A stretch of 64,000 nucleotides of DNA from Massalongia carnosa (Eukaryota): contig OZ287075.1 in the NCBI GenBank assembly GCA_965645245.1, positions 2,046,001-2,110,000 on the forward strand, in the 5' to 3' direction. The notes under the pieces were generated by a model. The model did no database searches, was not told where the DNA came from, and was given only the letters and a program-made list of their open reading frames with translations. This document shows, piece by piece, positions 1 through 12,630 of the stretch (position 1 is its first letter; each line of letters begins with the position of its first letter). A program made the position numbers and the translations under genes.

Positions 1-1352
1 CAAAGTTTCTTTACGCCAAGTTTAATTTACAAGCACTTCATAGCATTAGTTGGCTTGCATTACTAATTATGATAAAAGCTATACTAAGTCAAATCAGATC
101 GGAGTGCCTTTCATTCTCATGAGCAAAGCTCATGGATCTCCTCTCAGCACGCGCAGTTGGCGTCCTCTATCAGATTACCCACCAAAGGGTATCACAACAC
201 CGGATCGACATCTCACAAAAGGAGAGAAAGAGAAGGTTATGAAGCAGCTTGGGGCAATAGTCTCACAGTTGTCAGAGTTGCGGCTTGATAAGATAGGTTC
301 GCTGTTTGAAGACGAAGGATATTACGCCGTGAAATGTTGTCTTTCACCAGGACTTTTTTTGCACGATAGGTACAGATTACCCGAAATTTCCCATGGGCCA
401 TTTCTCCAGGAGAGTGACTACTATCAGTCCCTTCTTTCTGCATTTCTTCTGCATATTCAATGTCTTTCGTTGGAGCACCATGCCTTCTTCGCTCCTGTAC
501 CTGTTCTGGCAGAATACAACAGCTATGCCAGCTACCTATCTGCGGTAGACCGATGGAGCGATTTCGTTACTGTTGGCGCAACGATCGATAGTAGTAAGAA
601 TCGATTAGACTATTTCATCGCTGGTCAGTTCCTTCACAACATGATACCCAGCTTCGCAATCAAACTCACCGAGTTTCGCAAGCACTTCCGGCAACGGATT
701 TCCTCTGCGCCATCCTGATCTCAGCGTTAATAATATCTTTGTCGACGATGATTGCAATATTACTTGTATCATTGACTGGACATTTACGTCCTCGGTACCT
801 ATGGCCGAGCTTCTTATGACGCCCGGTTTGCCTCACCCAAGGAATGATATTGAATCATCATTGACTGCTGCCTTCAGAGCTGGGTTCACGGATCATTGGG
901 AAAAAAGTGAAGAAGGCAAGACACTCCATCCTGCAGTTTGGAAGTCCACAAGAAAGGTGTGGCTTTTTACAATGCTAGTTAATTTGGATGCCTTGCAAGA
1001 CTACAGCCACTTTGTGGGGCTGTATGCGTTAGTTTTTGGGAAGCAAACAACGGACATACCCACGCTTTCCAGGGAACAGCATAAGGAAGCTGCAATTTCG
1101 CAGATGGCAAAATCGCTTGCAGCGGATGATCAGCCACTAAGCGCTATTCAACGTAGAGAGAACGCCTATTTCTCCTGTGTGGGCTCTGAGAGGCACGCAT
1201 TGGCAAGGAAGCTTAATGTAGCGTCGGCGCCAAGCGGGAGGTTTGTAGCGGATAGAAAATTATGGCACTGGATCGCCAATGCTGTGCCATGCTCAAGCCT
1301 CAACGACAATACCACTGTGAAAAAAGCCAGCATAGGGCACACAAGCGTCTAG
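1..1352 (+). pseudogene. Aminoglycoside phosphotransferase (APH)/kinase-like protein, frameshifted, 5' end outside window
   Basis: ORF 50-718 (IGVPFILMSKA...KIGSL...GPF) changes frame near 660-690. The catalytic segment GFPLRHPDLSVNNIFVDDDCNITCIIDW (696-780) is in the frame of ORF 801-1352. No intron explains the shift. Confidence 0.75.
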
Positions 1353-2399
1353 TATGAGCAAGCGCCTCGCACGGATAAGCAACTACATACATAGATGCAT
1401 CCAGGCGGTCACACCAAACCAGTCTCCACGTAACCGCCGTCATATCCTTCAAGCACCAAATGGGAGGTTTTTTCCCACCCTCGATACCCCTAGCTAGCTT
1501 AGTTTTATAGTTCCAAAAAACAGCTCCAAATCTCGACAACTCAAGGCAATAAACTATAAATAGGGGCTTTGTTTATCTATTGATCGATTGGCTATAAAAA
1601 TAACCTGCTGATTTGGCCCATAATCGAATCCGTTTAAATCGATTTATCATAGAATGAAACGACTTTTGTCTCCTTTTCTTTATTTTTTCCCCCGTGGACT
1701 GATGATATCTTCACTCTTTCCAACCCTCTCACCCACTCATTCAGTAATACTGAGCCCGTATAAATACTCCTATTAAAAGTACCTACCTACCTAGGTACCC
1801 CCCTCCCTCCTTCCCCAGAATCGCAACTAGAGTTCCCAGAAAGAAAGAAAGAGATAGCCAACCCACCAACCAACCAACCTGCTGCCGCAAGGCTTGCATG
1901 AGAGATTTATCAGATGGCTCGTTTTCTGGCCCTTCAATAGGCCCTATATGAAGTTTTTCACTTCGAGTGCACTCAGTGATAGCCTGACAAATAGCGGCGG
2001 CTTTGGTCAGACATATGGTTTCAAATTTGCTTGCTAGCCAGTCGCCAGCATATAAGTAAAGTTCAAGGTGAGCCGAGAAGAGAGCTCCAAAGCTTACGTT
2101 GCGTCTTCAATCCGCGGATATCTCTCAAAACTTAAGTTATACAACTCACTTGCGATGCATCTTGTGATATGTAACAACATCAGCTCCATCACCATCGATA
2201 TTGTCCATTTTGAGGAGCTCATAAAAAATTTCCCGTATCGAAAAGCCTGTTCGGTTCACAAATATCTGAAGCAAAAGGACCTGCTTCTGATAAAAGCTTT
2301 TGGTTTTTGGGATCGCTTTAGAATTCGAGAGATCCAGGCTGTTCGTCTATGGTAGGGCCGCTTTTGTACGCCTTTGGATCTAACAGGCTTTCCTTCCCA

Positions 2400-4900
2400 T
2401 TCTGGTTTGGTTTGTCCTTACAAGCTTTCTCCAAGGCACACTGAATTTCGAAGTTACAGTTGCCGGGTTAGAGCTCTTTGAGATAGGGTCACTGGATTCC
2501 AGCTAGATATGTAAGGGTTTGCTCTATTATCTAGTAGCATCCTTGCTAATAGGGGGTTCTCATTCAATATTGCTCGAAGAAGAGGTGTCTCTGAATTGCG
2601 ACATCTCGTTTCTACAGCCGCGCCGTACATAGGAGAGTAGCAGCGATACAGTTTGTCTCCTAGTTCTCCCAAATCGCACGATATAAGGCGGTGTCTCCCA
2701 TTTCCCATGTTGAGTGCCATCTAGACGAAGTAATAGCTTCTACATCTGCACTCTTTCTCAAAAACATCTCGACAACCGTAGTATGGCCTACTCGCTGCAA
2801 GATGTAGTGCTATCAACCCGTTCATGTTCCGTACTTCAACATGAACTCGAGTTCCTAGAAGTACTTATATTATGTACCGATAAGTGCCCCCGTACAGCTG
2901 CTGTAGTAAGCGCAATTGCTTAGTTTTTTATAACAAGCTCACTTTCGCTATCATCTTGAAGCAGAAGCCGGACGACATTCTTGTGACCCTCGAAGACAGC
3001 TTGATGCAATGCAACCCACCCTTGCTGAGCTGTAGCCGCTGCGCCTTTGTTTTTTAAGATTCAAACTACCGACTCCTGCCCACAAAACTACCTGCAAAGC
3101 AATAGGTAGGTCTTTAACGTGTTCAGGCTCGCTAGTTAGCCTATCTAGGAGGATCTGAACAATGTCAGAGTGCCCAGCTCTTGCGAGCGGTGTACAACTA
3201 AAGCTATCTTTGAAATGTGGTTCAACAACTTTATAGCCAATCAGTAACTTGACCATAGTATCATTGCCCTTCCATGCAGAAACGTGGAGCGCTGTACAAA
3301 GAAGCAATTTATTGCTTCTAATATCAGGCAGAGTGCCAAGAAAAACGTGGATAACCGTCGGAATCTTGCAACTCCACCACACGTAGAAATCGAGAAAACA
3401 CTGATGAACAGCATGCTGCCCATATGTAATAAACTGCCGTGGCCAAGGGATTAAGTTCCCGGAAACTTCGACGGTATTCCGAAACATGAGAATAGGTCCT
3501 CGGGCGAAAATTGCACGCAGGGACATTTACCACTTACGCAAGTTCGTCCCTGGATAATTTTGCGTTCGAGAAATGAGTAGCCCAAGTATCTTTCTCTACG
3601 AGGAACTCCTTCGCCGTCTGATGGATAAGATATATCGTCGAGTCCTGTATACTCACAAGTAGTCCACAGAGCTCTCGAACTGTAGTTCTGAAAGACTCCT
3701 CTGGTACAAGATCAGGATCGTCAGCCAGACGAAGGTCGGGGTGTATCGCCAGCGCAACGTTCATCTCCATCAGGGTCAACGGCCTCTCAGCGGCGACGAT
3801 GATATATAGCAGCTTTATCACCTGCTCATCGTCAAAAATTCGTTCAAGAACCCTTTCGTAAGCTTCTTATACAGTGGTAGGGATGTTTTCTACAACCGTC
3901 AGCAGCCTGCTCTTCGAGAAGGCTGCATATTTTTCAATCTCCGGGAAAATCAGCGAAACCCACAAGTACGTCCAATTATCAATGCTAGTGAGTCTATCAA
4001 GGATCGCCTTATGTGCATCATCATACACCTCACGGCGTTCTCTCGGTCTCCTAAACTGCTGTACTCTACTCTTGATAAAACAATCAATCTCGATACATAT
4101 ATCCTTGCCTTCATCTCCAACTCGTCTTCCTATGTTAGTGCCGAATCAATCTTGTGACGCCAAATTTTATCGCCAATTGTAGTGTTCGAACGACTTGTAA
4201 TGATAATTTTCAGCTTAGCTGTGCTGTCGTGTTGTAAGTAATACTCGACGAGCTTCTTGAGGAGCAGCAATCTGGAGGTTTCGGCACACTCGTCCAGCGA
4301 ATCAAGCACACAGAACACTACAGGAGCAGTGGAGTCATTGACAGCAGCAACAAAAATAGTCCAGAGGCCATCAGAAAACTGTGGAAGCTTATCCCCATTC
4401 AGGTGATAGAGTGACATGGCATACTTCAGAAGGTTTTTATTCTGAGAAAATAGCTGATGTAGAAAGGCGCAAAGCACATGATTGGAAATCCTATTTGATT
4501 CGCTGTCATCCTTGAAAAAGAAATAGCAGAGGCTAAATCCATTGTTTGCTTTCACAAGATTAAGGTCGTCTATCAAAAAATTGGACAAACCTGATTTGCC
4601 ACATTCAGGATCGACTGTGATCTAGAGTCACTTAAAGCCTGTGTTGTTCAATCAAGTTTTGGACTTTGTCGTAGGTTTCGATTGTACGCTTTGGATTTTT
4701 GTCTTTGTCGATAAGGTAATCAGTTCTGCGTAACGTAACAAAGACCATTCTCTTTCCTTCTCCGTACCCTCTTTGTATTTTATTGCAAATGCCTTCTCAT
4801 GCTCGTTGTACTGAGCTTGTAAAAGCTCTAGGAGCTCCGTAACTTTACTGTTTTGTTGTTAAGAGAGCTTCCAGCCTTTCACCTCGAGCTCGTTAACTTT
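2400..4900 (-). pseudogene. NACHT + ankyrin-repeat (fungal NLR-like) protein, heavily degraded
   Basis: Degenerate Walker A (L*ITVDPECGKSGLSNF, ~4585-4630), CYFFFKDD, Walker B CVLDSLDEC, WHD region CGLLVSIQDSTIYLIHQTAKEFL, ankyrin remnants (TALHVSAWKG, ETPLLRAILNENPLLARMLLDNRANP). Many stops and frameshifts. Ends approximate. Confidence 0.85.
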
Positions 4901-6186
4901 CCGCATCTATGATTCAAGTAAGTATACCACAATTTGTCTCGGACTCCTAAATGGTTTCGAGAATACCCCCCCAATACGTCAGCTTTCACAACGTTCCTAG
5001 CCGTTTGATACGCAGTATTACGTCGAAAATGGCACACAGCCTTTGCCTCAAACTCAAGTATTTTGCCGTATTAGCTTTATTATGGCACGTTCAAGATCAT
5101 CATTAAGTCGGTGTTTCTGACTCTTTAATTAAAGACGTTCGATTTCTGCATGACGCCATGTAGACTTCGTGATATATTCTAGTCCATCGATGACAGCTGT
5201 GCGTTATTGGTTATCATTAACAAGAAGTTACAAATAACATATCAGCCTCGATAGTACGGACGTGCCTTGTGCATTAGCCACCACTTTCTTACTATATTAA
5301 AATAAAATAACGGCATATTTAATGCCGTGGCAACCAAAGCAGACGACCACCCGATAAATACCAGAGGCACCTGTTAAGGTCTAGCAATAATCAGACAAGC
5401 ATCATTACTTCGATTTTCTTTTAAAAAAATCGATTTAACGCAATCTCGAAGACTGAGTTAGAATTCATTATGGTTGCTAGTGACAACGTGCATTTTACAT
5501 TAGAACTAAGTACGTGCAAAAGTATCTTCAAGGGGACGTGCTACCTACCTGCAGCCTGGTTAGGTGTAGGAAACATTCAGGGACATTGAAGCTTCCTATC
5601 GAGGGCGGGATTGCTTCTGGGTTTCTCATTGGCAGGAAATGTTGATAGCTGGTATCTAGATAGTAGTATCGGAACAGTCTCCGGGAACGAGGTTTTGAAC
5701 GGGCGAAGAAATCTCTTTACCAGAGCAGGTACAGCTTGGGCAAAGCATATTAATTTTTTAGACTGGAAAGCCTTGGCGGCGATATCTTTTATTGTGGAAT
5801 AGACTCATTAGTTGTCGGTTTTAAGTCAATGTAGGATCACGCTTACTGAGGGAAAAAATAGCACGGAAGAGGAACGAGTAGGGCAGATAAGCTCCTTTGA
5901 TATTTATTGAGTTTGTTTAGAGAAACACCCATGGAGAGGGTCGGCGAAAACTAGGTTTGGCAAACAAGCTATTGTATTTACCGCTGTCACACTGTGGACC
6001 TTAACTCCATCCTTAAGCTTCACGTCATCTGAAACCTATTTGGCCTGTTTCATTCTCATCATGATCGACGCAACAAGGCCCATTTCGTACTGCCTATCCC
6101 CTTGGACAGGCTATAGTACTCATATTTGCGCAATCGCATTTTCAGGTACTTTAAACTAAACTCGGATATAGTTTGCTTTCGCCTGA

Positions 6187-6771
6187 TCAGGAAGCATCGA
6201 CAGCACGGCTCTTGGAGTTCACGCCATTAGCGTACGGGAGATCGGCGTTGCCTGCAGATAGGAAGGGAGCGACTCCGGTGTTGGAGCTGACGGGCGGCAA
6301 TGAGTAAGCTGGACTTTTCTCCTGATATGGGAGACAGTCGTGATTTACGACGGCTTGGCCTATCACTATATTAGAGGCAATTTGGCTGGTGGTGTATGGA
6401 TTTTGGTAGTAAAGCAAGGCTATTCCATCTTCGTCCTTTAAATCGGGACAGGGAGAACCATCGGGGAGGGGATCTGGTGGCGGAGGACAAGCACTGTGAC
6501 GAAGAAATTGATTGCAACAGCCAGGTAGTCCCCACTGATCGTTAACGAACTGGGTCGACCGCCGTTGCTCCTTAGTTGTAGCAACAGAGTAATATAGAGC
6601 AACATTTTCAGTCTGTGGATCGATCAAATCTGGGCATGGAGTTTGCGTCTGTTTTCCATCGCTCGTGGCGGCTGCAGTATCTGCTCGTGTTTTGCGATAC
6701 TTCCCCAACTGGATTGGAGTTCCCAGCGCAGATGCCATCCACCCAGCGAGTAGGAAGTAGTTTGTATGCAT
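6187..6771 (-). CDS. Small secreted Cys-containing protein, unknown function
   Basis: 194-aa ORF with signal-peptide-like N-terminus (MHTNYFLLAGWMASALG), 6 Cys and an internal duplicated PCPDL...LYY motif. Confidence 0.6.
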   Translation of the reverse strand: MHTNYFLLAGWMASALGTPIQLGKYRKTRADTAAATSDGKQTQTPCPDLIDPQTENVALYYSVATTKEQRRSTQFVNDQWGLPGCCNQFLRHSACPPPPDPLPDGSPCPDLKDEDGIALLYYQNPYTTSQIASNIVIGQAVVNHDCLPYQEKSPAYSLPPVSSNTGVAPFLSAGNADLPYANGVNSKSRAVDAS

Positions 6772-7695
6772 TGGGGTGGATGAAATATGCTGAATATACC
6801 GCTGACTGAAATCTGATTGGAATCTTCGAAAGATGAACTATAGATCAAAACAAACACCATGGGTCACATTATATATGTTCAAGACATCAAAACGCGCCTT
6901 ACCATCAACTGGGTTATCAAACCAGGCAAAAGGAATAATGACGGAGGAGTGACCGTAGCGAAGCTCTTCTCAACAATCAAAAGAAATCAAAGCTGTACTG
7001 GGTCGAAGCGAGTTTCAAATAAAGCCATGAAAAAGCAGTTGCTCAGGGACGTTGTCGAACCCGGGATCTGTTCGTTAGATATCAAGCACGCAAAGCCATA
7101 GACATAGATATCAACAAGGTAGGTCGGCTACTGATGGAATATAAAACCTGAAACCGGAATACGAGAAGTAAGCCTTTTCAGCCATCCGGATGTAACCTGC
7201 TCGTCAAAGCTACGCGACTAGAAGCTTCAAAGTTTTCAGAAAAGGTGCTTAGACAAATCGGATTTAGAAAGGCAGACTGTGTGGCTGTATCGGTCGCTGT
7301 TGGTTTGCCTGAAAATTCATCCGCAACATCACCCTATGACTTGCCGTGCTTGCGTTGCGGAATAAGGCGGGCGGGCTTCTCTTAAGTGGTACGGGCTAGA
7401 CCAGTATTTTGTGAGCACTGGACAAATCACAATGCTGCCTGTTGTCTAGTTAGCACGGTCCATACTGCGATAGTTGATTTGAAGAGACACCGTACTCTGT
7501 CTGCTAGCCAATAATAATATTATCAAGGATTCGCATTGTCACGTGAAGATGTGACAGACAAGGCTGGCTGTGATTACATAACTAATCTCATCCTCCTCGA
7601 TCACCTGATACGAGTTGTTGTCTTTCGTACATTCTGGAACCATGATGTTAGTGTAAAGAGGCCCATACGTATCACTGACTGTCACCGCTAGCAGT

Positions 7696-9494
7696 ATGCA
7701 AGCCCCATCCCAGGAACGTGTTCTTCGCCCGCGCAAACGGTTGATCGTTTGTTGTGACGGTAAGTACGTGTTGGTGTTTCATTTTCGTCACCTATTTTAC
7801 TCGTGTTCAAGAAGCGAGTGTGCTGATAAATTTCTCTTCGAAAAGGAACATGGCTGAATTCGGATTCGGGCCTTCAAAATCGACAAATCCCAATCCCCAG
7901 CAACGTCACTCGCATATCTCATGCAATCAAGACCATAAGTATAGATGGCATCTTGCAAGTCGTTTATTACCAAGCCGGTGTAGGCTCGACGGGAACCTTG
8001 AGTAATCGTATCATTGGCGGTGCTACTGCGCAGGGGTTATCAGAGAACATTCGTACCGGCTACGCCTTTGTGGCCAATAATTACGACAGAGGCGATGAAA
8101 TCTTTCTCTTTGGTTTTTCACGTGGAGGTTGTCTCAATTCAATTTGGTGGATGGACTGCTCCATTTTTGCTAACGATGCCCAGCTTTTACAGCCAGAAGT
8201 ATTGCAGGCCTAATTGGTGGTGTTGGGCTATTAACCAAAGAAGCACTACCTAACCTTGCAGAGATCTTCAAAGATTTTGAGAATCGCTGGAATCCAAACT
8301 ATAGACCAGCTAATCCCAATATACCGTTTCCGAATAAACCTAGCGCCAAAGATCCAACGTACCGGGCGGAACTTGAAAGAGTATGAGAAAACTTTCTTGT
8401 AAAGGCAGAGGGAAAGTAGCATACTAACCTTTTTACTAGCGTATGCTTTCAAGGGGCGACGTGAGCATTAAAGCGATAGGGGTTTGGGATACTGTTGGTA
8501 AGGCTTCGTTAGCGGTCAAGGGTAATGACGCTAATAGATCCGATGCCAGGTTCTCTGGGAATCCCTCGAATTGGATTCCTCGAGAAGATGGGATTGCTGC
8601 CGAGGGAAACCAAAGAGTTTTTGTTTTTCGACACTAGCCTTTCCAATTGTATTGAAAATGCCTTTCAGGCTCTGGCCTTGGACGAAAGCCGGTCTTCGTT
8701 CTCGCCTTCGGTATGGGAGAAAACCCGTGGTAACACAACTGTAAGTATTGGCGTTCGTACGCTAGCCAGTATTACTAAACATTAACTTTACGTAGAATCT
8801 GAGACAAGTCTGGTTCCCAGGAGTCCATTCAAATATTGGGGGCGGCTACGAGGACCAAGGTCAAGCTAACATCACCTTGGCGTGGATGATTTCACAAATG
8901 GAACCGTTTCTTGATTTCGATCCCGATTTTGTGCTAGATCAGGATGACGAGACCAGAAAGTATCACGAAGAGTCTGGTCAAAAACCCCGGCCGTGGTCCT
9001 TTGGTAGGTGTCAATTCCCTCGTTTTCTCTCGTAACGCGGATCTGATCGTGTACATCTAACACTTTGCGCAGGAGAAATTTACAGATCCTTGACAGGAGT
9101 ATACATCCTTGACGGGAGTACAACCCGCACCCCAGGGAACTATCATCGAGTGGACCCCGATACCGGGCGCGCCACGTCCAAGCTCCTCCGCCAAACCAAC
9201 GAATACGTTCATCCTTCAGCCCGCTCCCGTATCCTTCTCGGTGGACCCGGCATCGAAGATCATGGGCGCTACGAAGGCAAAGCGTTGCGAGACTATAAGC
9301 TTAAGTCCGAGGAGAGCGACGTGGAACCGAAGCGCGCGCTTGCCATTTGGGTGCCTCGGTCGCGCCGGAAAGGCGCCGTCCGGCTTCCAGAAAGCCCGCT
9401 ATGGGAGACGGAGAAGGAGTTGCTACGGACGGACCCGGAGACATATGAGTTTATCATGGAGGGACCTCGTCCTTCGAAGCACCAGGATCCCTGA
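7696..9494 (+). CDS. DUF2235 / Tle1-like alpha/beta hydrolase (multi-exon)
   Basis: Motifs KRLIVCCDG|TW, YYQAGVG, FLFGFSRG, IGVWDTVG, FQALALDE, WFPGVHSNIGGG across exons separated by GT-AG introns. Confidence 0.9.
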
Positions 9495-10881
9495 AAAAGA
9501 TGTGTCGAGCAGCGAATGGCTTGGGCCCGGAGTCGTCTGGGCGAGACTCTAAAATAGACAGACGATCCTTGTACCCGATCTTTCGCATAGGACATCCCTA
9601 CTTCAGACTCTTCCATCCAACCAACGTAACAGCCCAGGAAAAGGCAATATTCAACAGGGCTTTCCGTCTAATTCGCCATCCAAGCGCCGGGAGAACCTAC
9701 CAGCTCCTCTCCACCCCCCCACCAAAACCGCTCCAATCTACTTACGTACCTGCTCAATCACCCAAGGCAAGAAGCATCCACCCGGCCCAGAAACTAAAGA
9801 TTATGGGGAGGGGATTGGGTTTTGGCAAGGGTAGTCATGGATAGGTGGAAAGGGATGCGGATGGGATTCGCTATGTAGGTGTGCCGGGGGGGGGGGGTTA
9901 AAGTAAGAGTAAGTAAGGAGGATAGATAGATGGAGGTTGAGATAGAAAACCCTTGCCTTTAGAGTTTTAGCTTGGACCCGTCCGTAGGAACAAATCCAAC
10001 AATTATGCATCCAAGTCCCCACCGTGCCCACCTACCCACTAATTCCTCCACTTCCCAACCTCTCCACCCAGGAAATTTCGAATCCTGCAATCGAGTCCGC
10101 GAAACGAACAAGGCCTGGCTAGTTCTCTACTCCACTCTACTCGACTCTACTCCAGGTACGTGGGAAGTGGCGGAGACGTAGGTGGAAAGAGGATGGGTAG
10201 CTGGCTGGCTGGGTACTCACTCTACTATGCTCTACGTAACGTACGATATAATAATATCCTGTGTTGAACTGGTTTCTTCCCCATCGAAGAAAGGGGCAGA
10301 GGAGCTTGAAGATGGTTCGGGATGCGCAAGTCGTCGATAAGTTTTTTTTTTAAATTAAAAATTTATATAACAAACAAACAGGACATAGTTATTGCTCTTT
10401 GGCTGGGTATCTATTCCATTCGATCTCTCTACTATTAACATAATATAAACTTAACATAACCCGACATCGAGTTATTCATAAATGTATAAACACCTAAATA
10501 ACAACCAGTGTCGTAAATCAAGTATTTAGACAAATAAATAGGGGTTGTAAATCCTTGGGTTCTGAAAATCGCCGTGGTTCTGTCCGCGAAGCGTAAAGCA
10601 GAACAAGCATCAGTGGAATAGCCCAGCGAGCGATGGCTGCCTAACTGGCTGATTGAGTATATATGTAACTATAAATAAAAAACGGGGTGCCAGAGTAAAT
10701 GTTGATCCATGCCATGCATCAAATACCTGGGTGCTTATTTTGCCGTGATCCAACTCAGGTAATTGAAACCCTTGCGAGCTGCCTCGCTCGGCACAGCAAC
10801 ACTCGCATTTTTGGTGAATCTCCTCTTTTACCAATGCCCTTTTGTTTTCACGGCATAGGAATCAAACGAGCTTGCCCTGCC

Positions 10882-12630
10882 TCAACTGCTTTTCAGTTCG
10901 CTCCGCTGATGTCGAGCAGCGGATCGGGTGATGACCATTGCGCGTTTTTTCGTGGATGGGACGTCTGCTTCGGAGCCTGGGCTATCTTCTGGTGGCACAA
11001 GAGGCTGGTTGTTGAGTTTATCTTGGGGCTTGGCATGAGCTTGGGTGTCAGGTCTAGGGCTTGGCGTGGAATTCAACTGAGCTGTTACCAGGCTCAAGTT
11101 TAAACTGGAGGCCTCAGCTAAGTCAGCTTGTAGCTTAGGAAGGACCACGCCATTAAAATATTCGCAAAGGTTCAGGTTGTATTGACGAACTGACTCATAT
11201 CCATGCTCGTTGGGAATCTCGAAATTAACGTGTTTGAGCCGATGGGGGCACCACCTCGGTTTTCCGTCTTGATCGAGAACGTAAAACCAGCCATCATACC
11301 ATTGGTTCCCGGTGTTGTGTGCCATGGTAATGATTCGAATTTTCTTTTCCATCATACTTTCTCTGCCTAGTTTTCGTTGTAGATCAAAGTCTGCTTGCAG
11401 CGCTCGGATCACGTTATTCGCATTTTGCCTGTCGGCGATCCGGTCCCCTTGTAGAGCAGTTTTAACCTCACAAAACAAGAAAGGAGCAAATCCGGCCTTG
11501 TCTATATATGGAGAAACCATTTGCTTACGTTCCTTTAGGCTAAACGCCGAGTCCTTGTAAGAGATACAGAAATCTGGTTTCGGGGTTGGAAGGATCCCAG
11601 GTTGGATAGAACCCCAAATGGCCCATGGGACGTCCTGACGATAGAGGAGGTTCCGTGTCTTGGAATTATCGCTGGGCAATTCGCGCTGAACCAAAAGGAG
11701 GGGCGACAATTTACTGATGACCTTTGCCTCATTTTCGCTCTTAACTAGGCGACGTGTTTCATGAAAATGCTTCGCGTCCGGTTCTGGGGAGTCGCGGCGT
11801 TTCTTCATTACTTCCAAAATCCTTGTAATCTCTTCTTCGTCGGGCTCTTCTAGCCCCCCAAAATCAACATTGAAGCCTTTTAGCTGGACTTCAAAGCGGG
11901 CATCTTTTGCAGCGTACGCTCGAGAAGACTGTGACGACCTTGACGACGACTCTATAGGACGGCTTCGCTTGGACGACGTTGCGGCCGATTCACTTTGGCT
12001 TTTGACCGAATCTAATGTGGACATATCCTTTTCGAGGAGCTTCAGGTTTTTCTGACTCAAAGGTTGAACTTGTTCGACAGGTTTGCACCGTTTTGCAGGA
12101 GGGTTTCCGTTACCTAGAGGGTCTTCAAAAAGCGAAGCTTCGCGTTTTCTTTTTTTTCGTTTATCTCCCTCGTATGTTGGATTCAGATTAAGAGTGCGTG
12201 AATTGTAATAGAGCGGACCATTCGTTGAACCGACTTCCTTAGGCGGCTTCGCCGACCCCAGCTTCTGTCTCGCTACTGTTTGGCTTGTGTCCTTCAAGTT
12301 CTGCAAAGCTTCCTTCTTCCTTTTCTTCGGGGTTAAAGGGCAATCGTCGGCCAGGAACTTTCGCTTTTTAGTATGTGGAGAGGACACCCGAGTATTTGTT
12401 GCTGAGGGTCGCGGGCGCAGACGTGGCGTCCAACCTTCGACAGCCAGCTCTGGTCTGTTGGGTCGATAAAACCTGGAATCTGACCTCGCATTCACTGACC
12501 GTAAAGTTGAAGGTATAAGTCCACGCTTTTTAGATTTATCGACTGTATCAACTGTGTACGGAGGAGTTAGGGAGATCGGCGTCATGGTAATGAGCGACTT
12601 CATGGGAAGATAAGATGATGGTGGGCGCAA
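10882..12630 (-). CDS. Intronless fungal protein with basic disordered N-terminus and C-terminal PD-(D/E)XK-like (DUF7924-type) domain
   Basis: 582-aa ORF with NLS-like basic clusters and the motif PKPDFCISY...PFLFCEVK...ADRQNA. The true start is probably the ATG at 12603 or 12585. Confidence 0.75.
   Translation of the reverse strand: MRPPSSYLPMKSLITMTPISLTPPYTVDTVDKSKKRGLIPSTLRSVNARSDSRFYRPNRPELAVEGWTPRLRPRPSATNTRVSSPHTKKRKFLADDCPLTPKKRKKEALQNLKDTSQTVARQKLGSAKPPKEVGSTNGPLYYNSRTLNLNPTYEGDKRKKRKREASLFEDPLGNGNPPAKRCKPVEQVQPLSQKNLKLLEKDMSTLDSVKSQSESAATSSKRSRPIESSSRSSQSSRAYAAKDARFEVQLKGFNVDFGGLEEPDEEEITRILEVMKKRRDSPEPDAKHFHETRRLVKSENEAKVISKLSPLLLVQRELPSDNSKTRNLLYRQDVPWAIWGSIQPGILPTPKPDFCISYKDSAFSLKERKQMVSPYIDKAGFAPFLFCEVKTALQGDRIADRQNANNVIRALQADFDLQRKLGRESMMEKKIRIITMAHNTGNQWYDGWFYVLDQDGKPRWCPHRLKHVNFEIPNEHGYESVRQYNLNLCEYFNGVVLPKLQADLAEASSLNLSLVTAQLNSTPSPRPDTQAHAKPQDKLNNQPLVPPEDSPGSEADVPSTKKRAMVITRSAARHQRSELKSS

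Noticed and set aside
10340..10352. Poly(A) tail marking a retrocopy or LINE end
   Set aside because: Only about 10 T residues, with no target-site duplication or reverse-transcriptase remnant.
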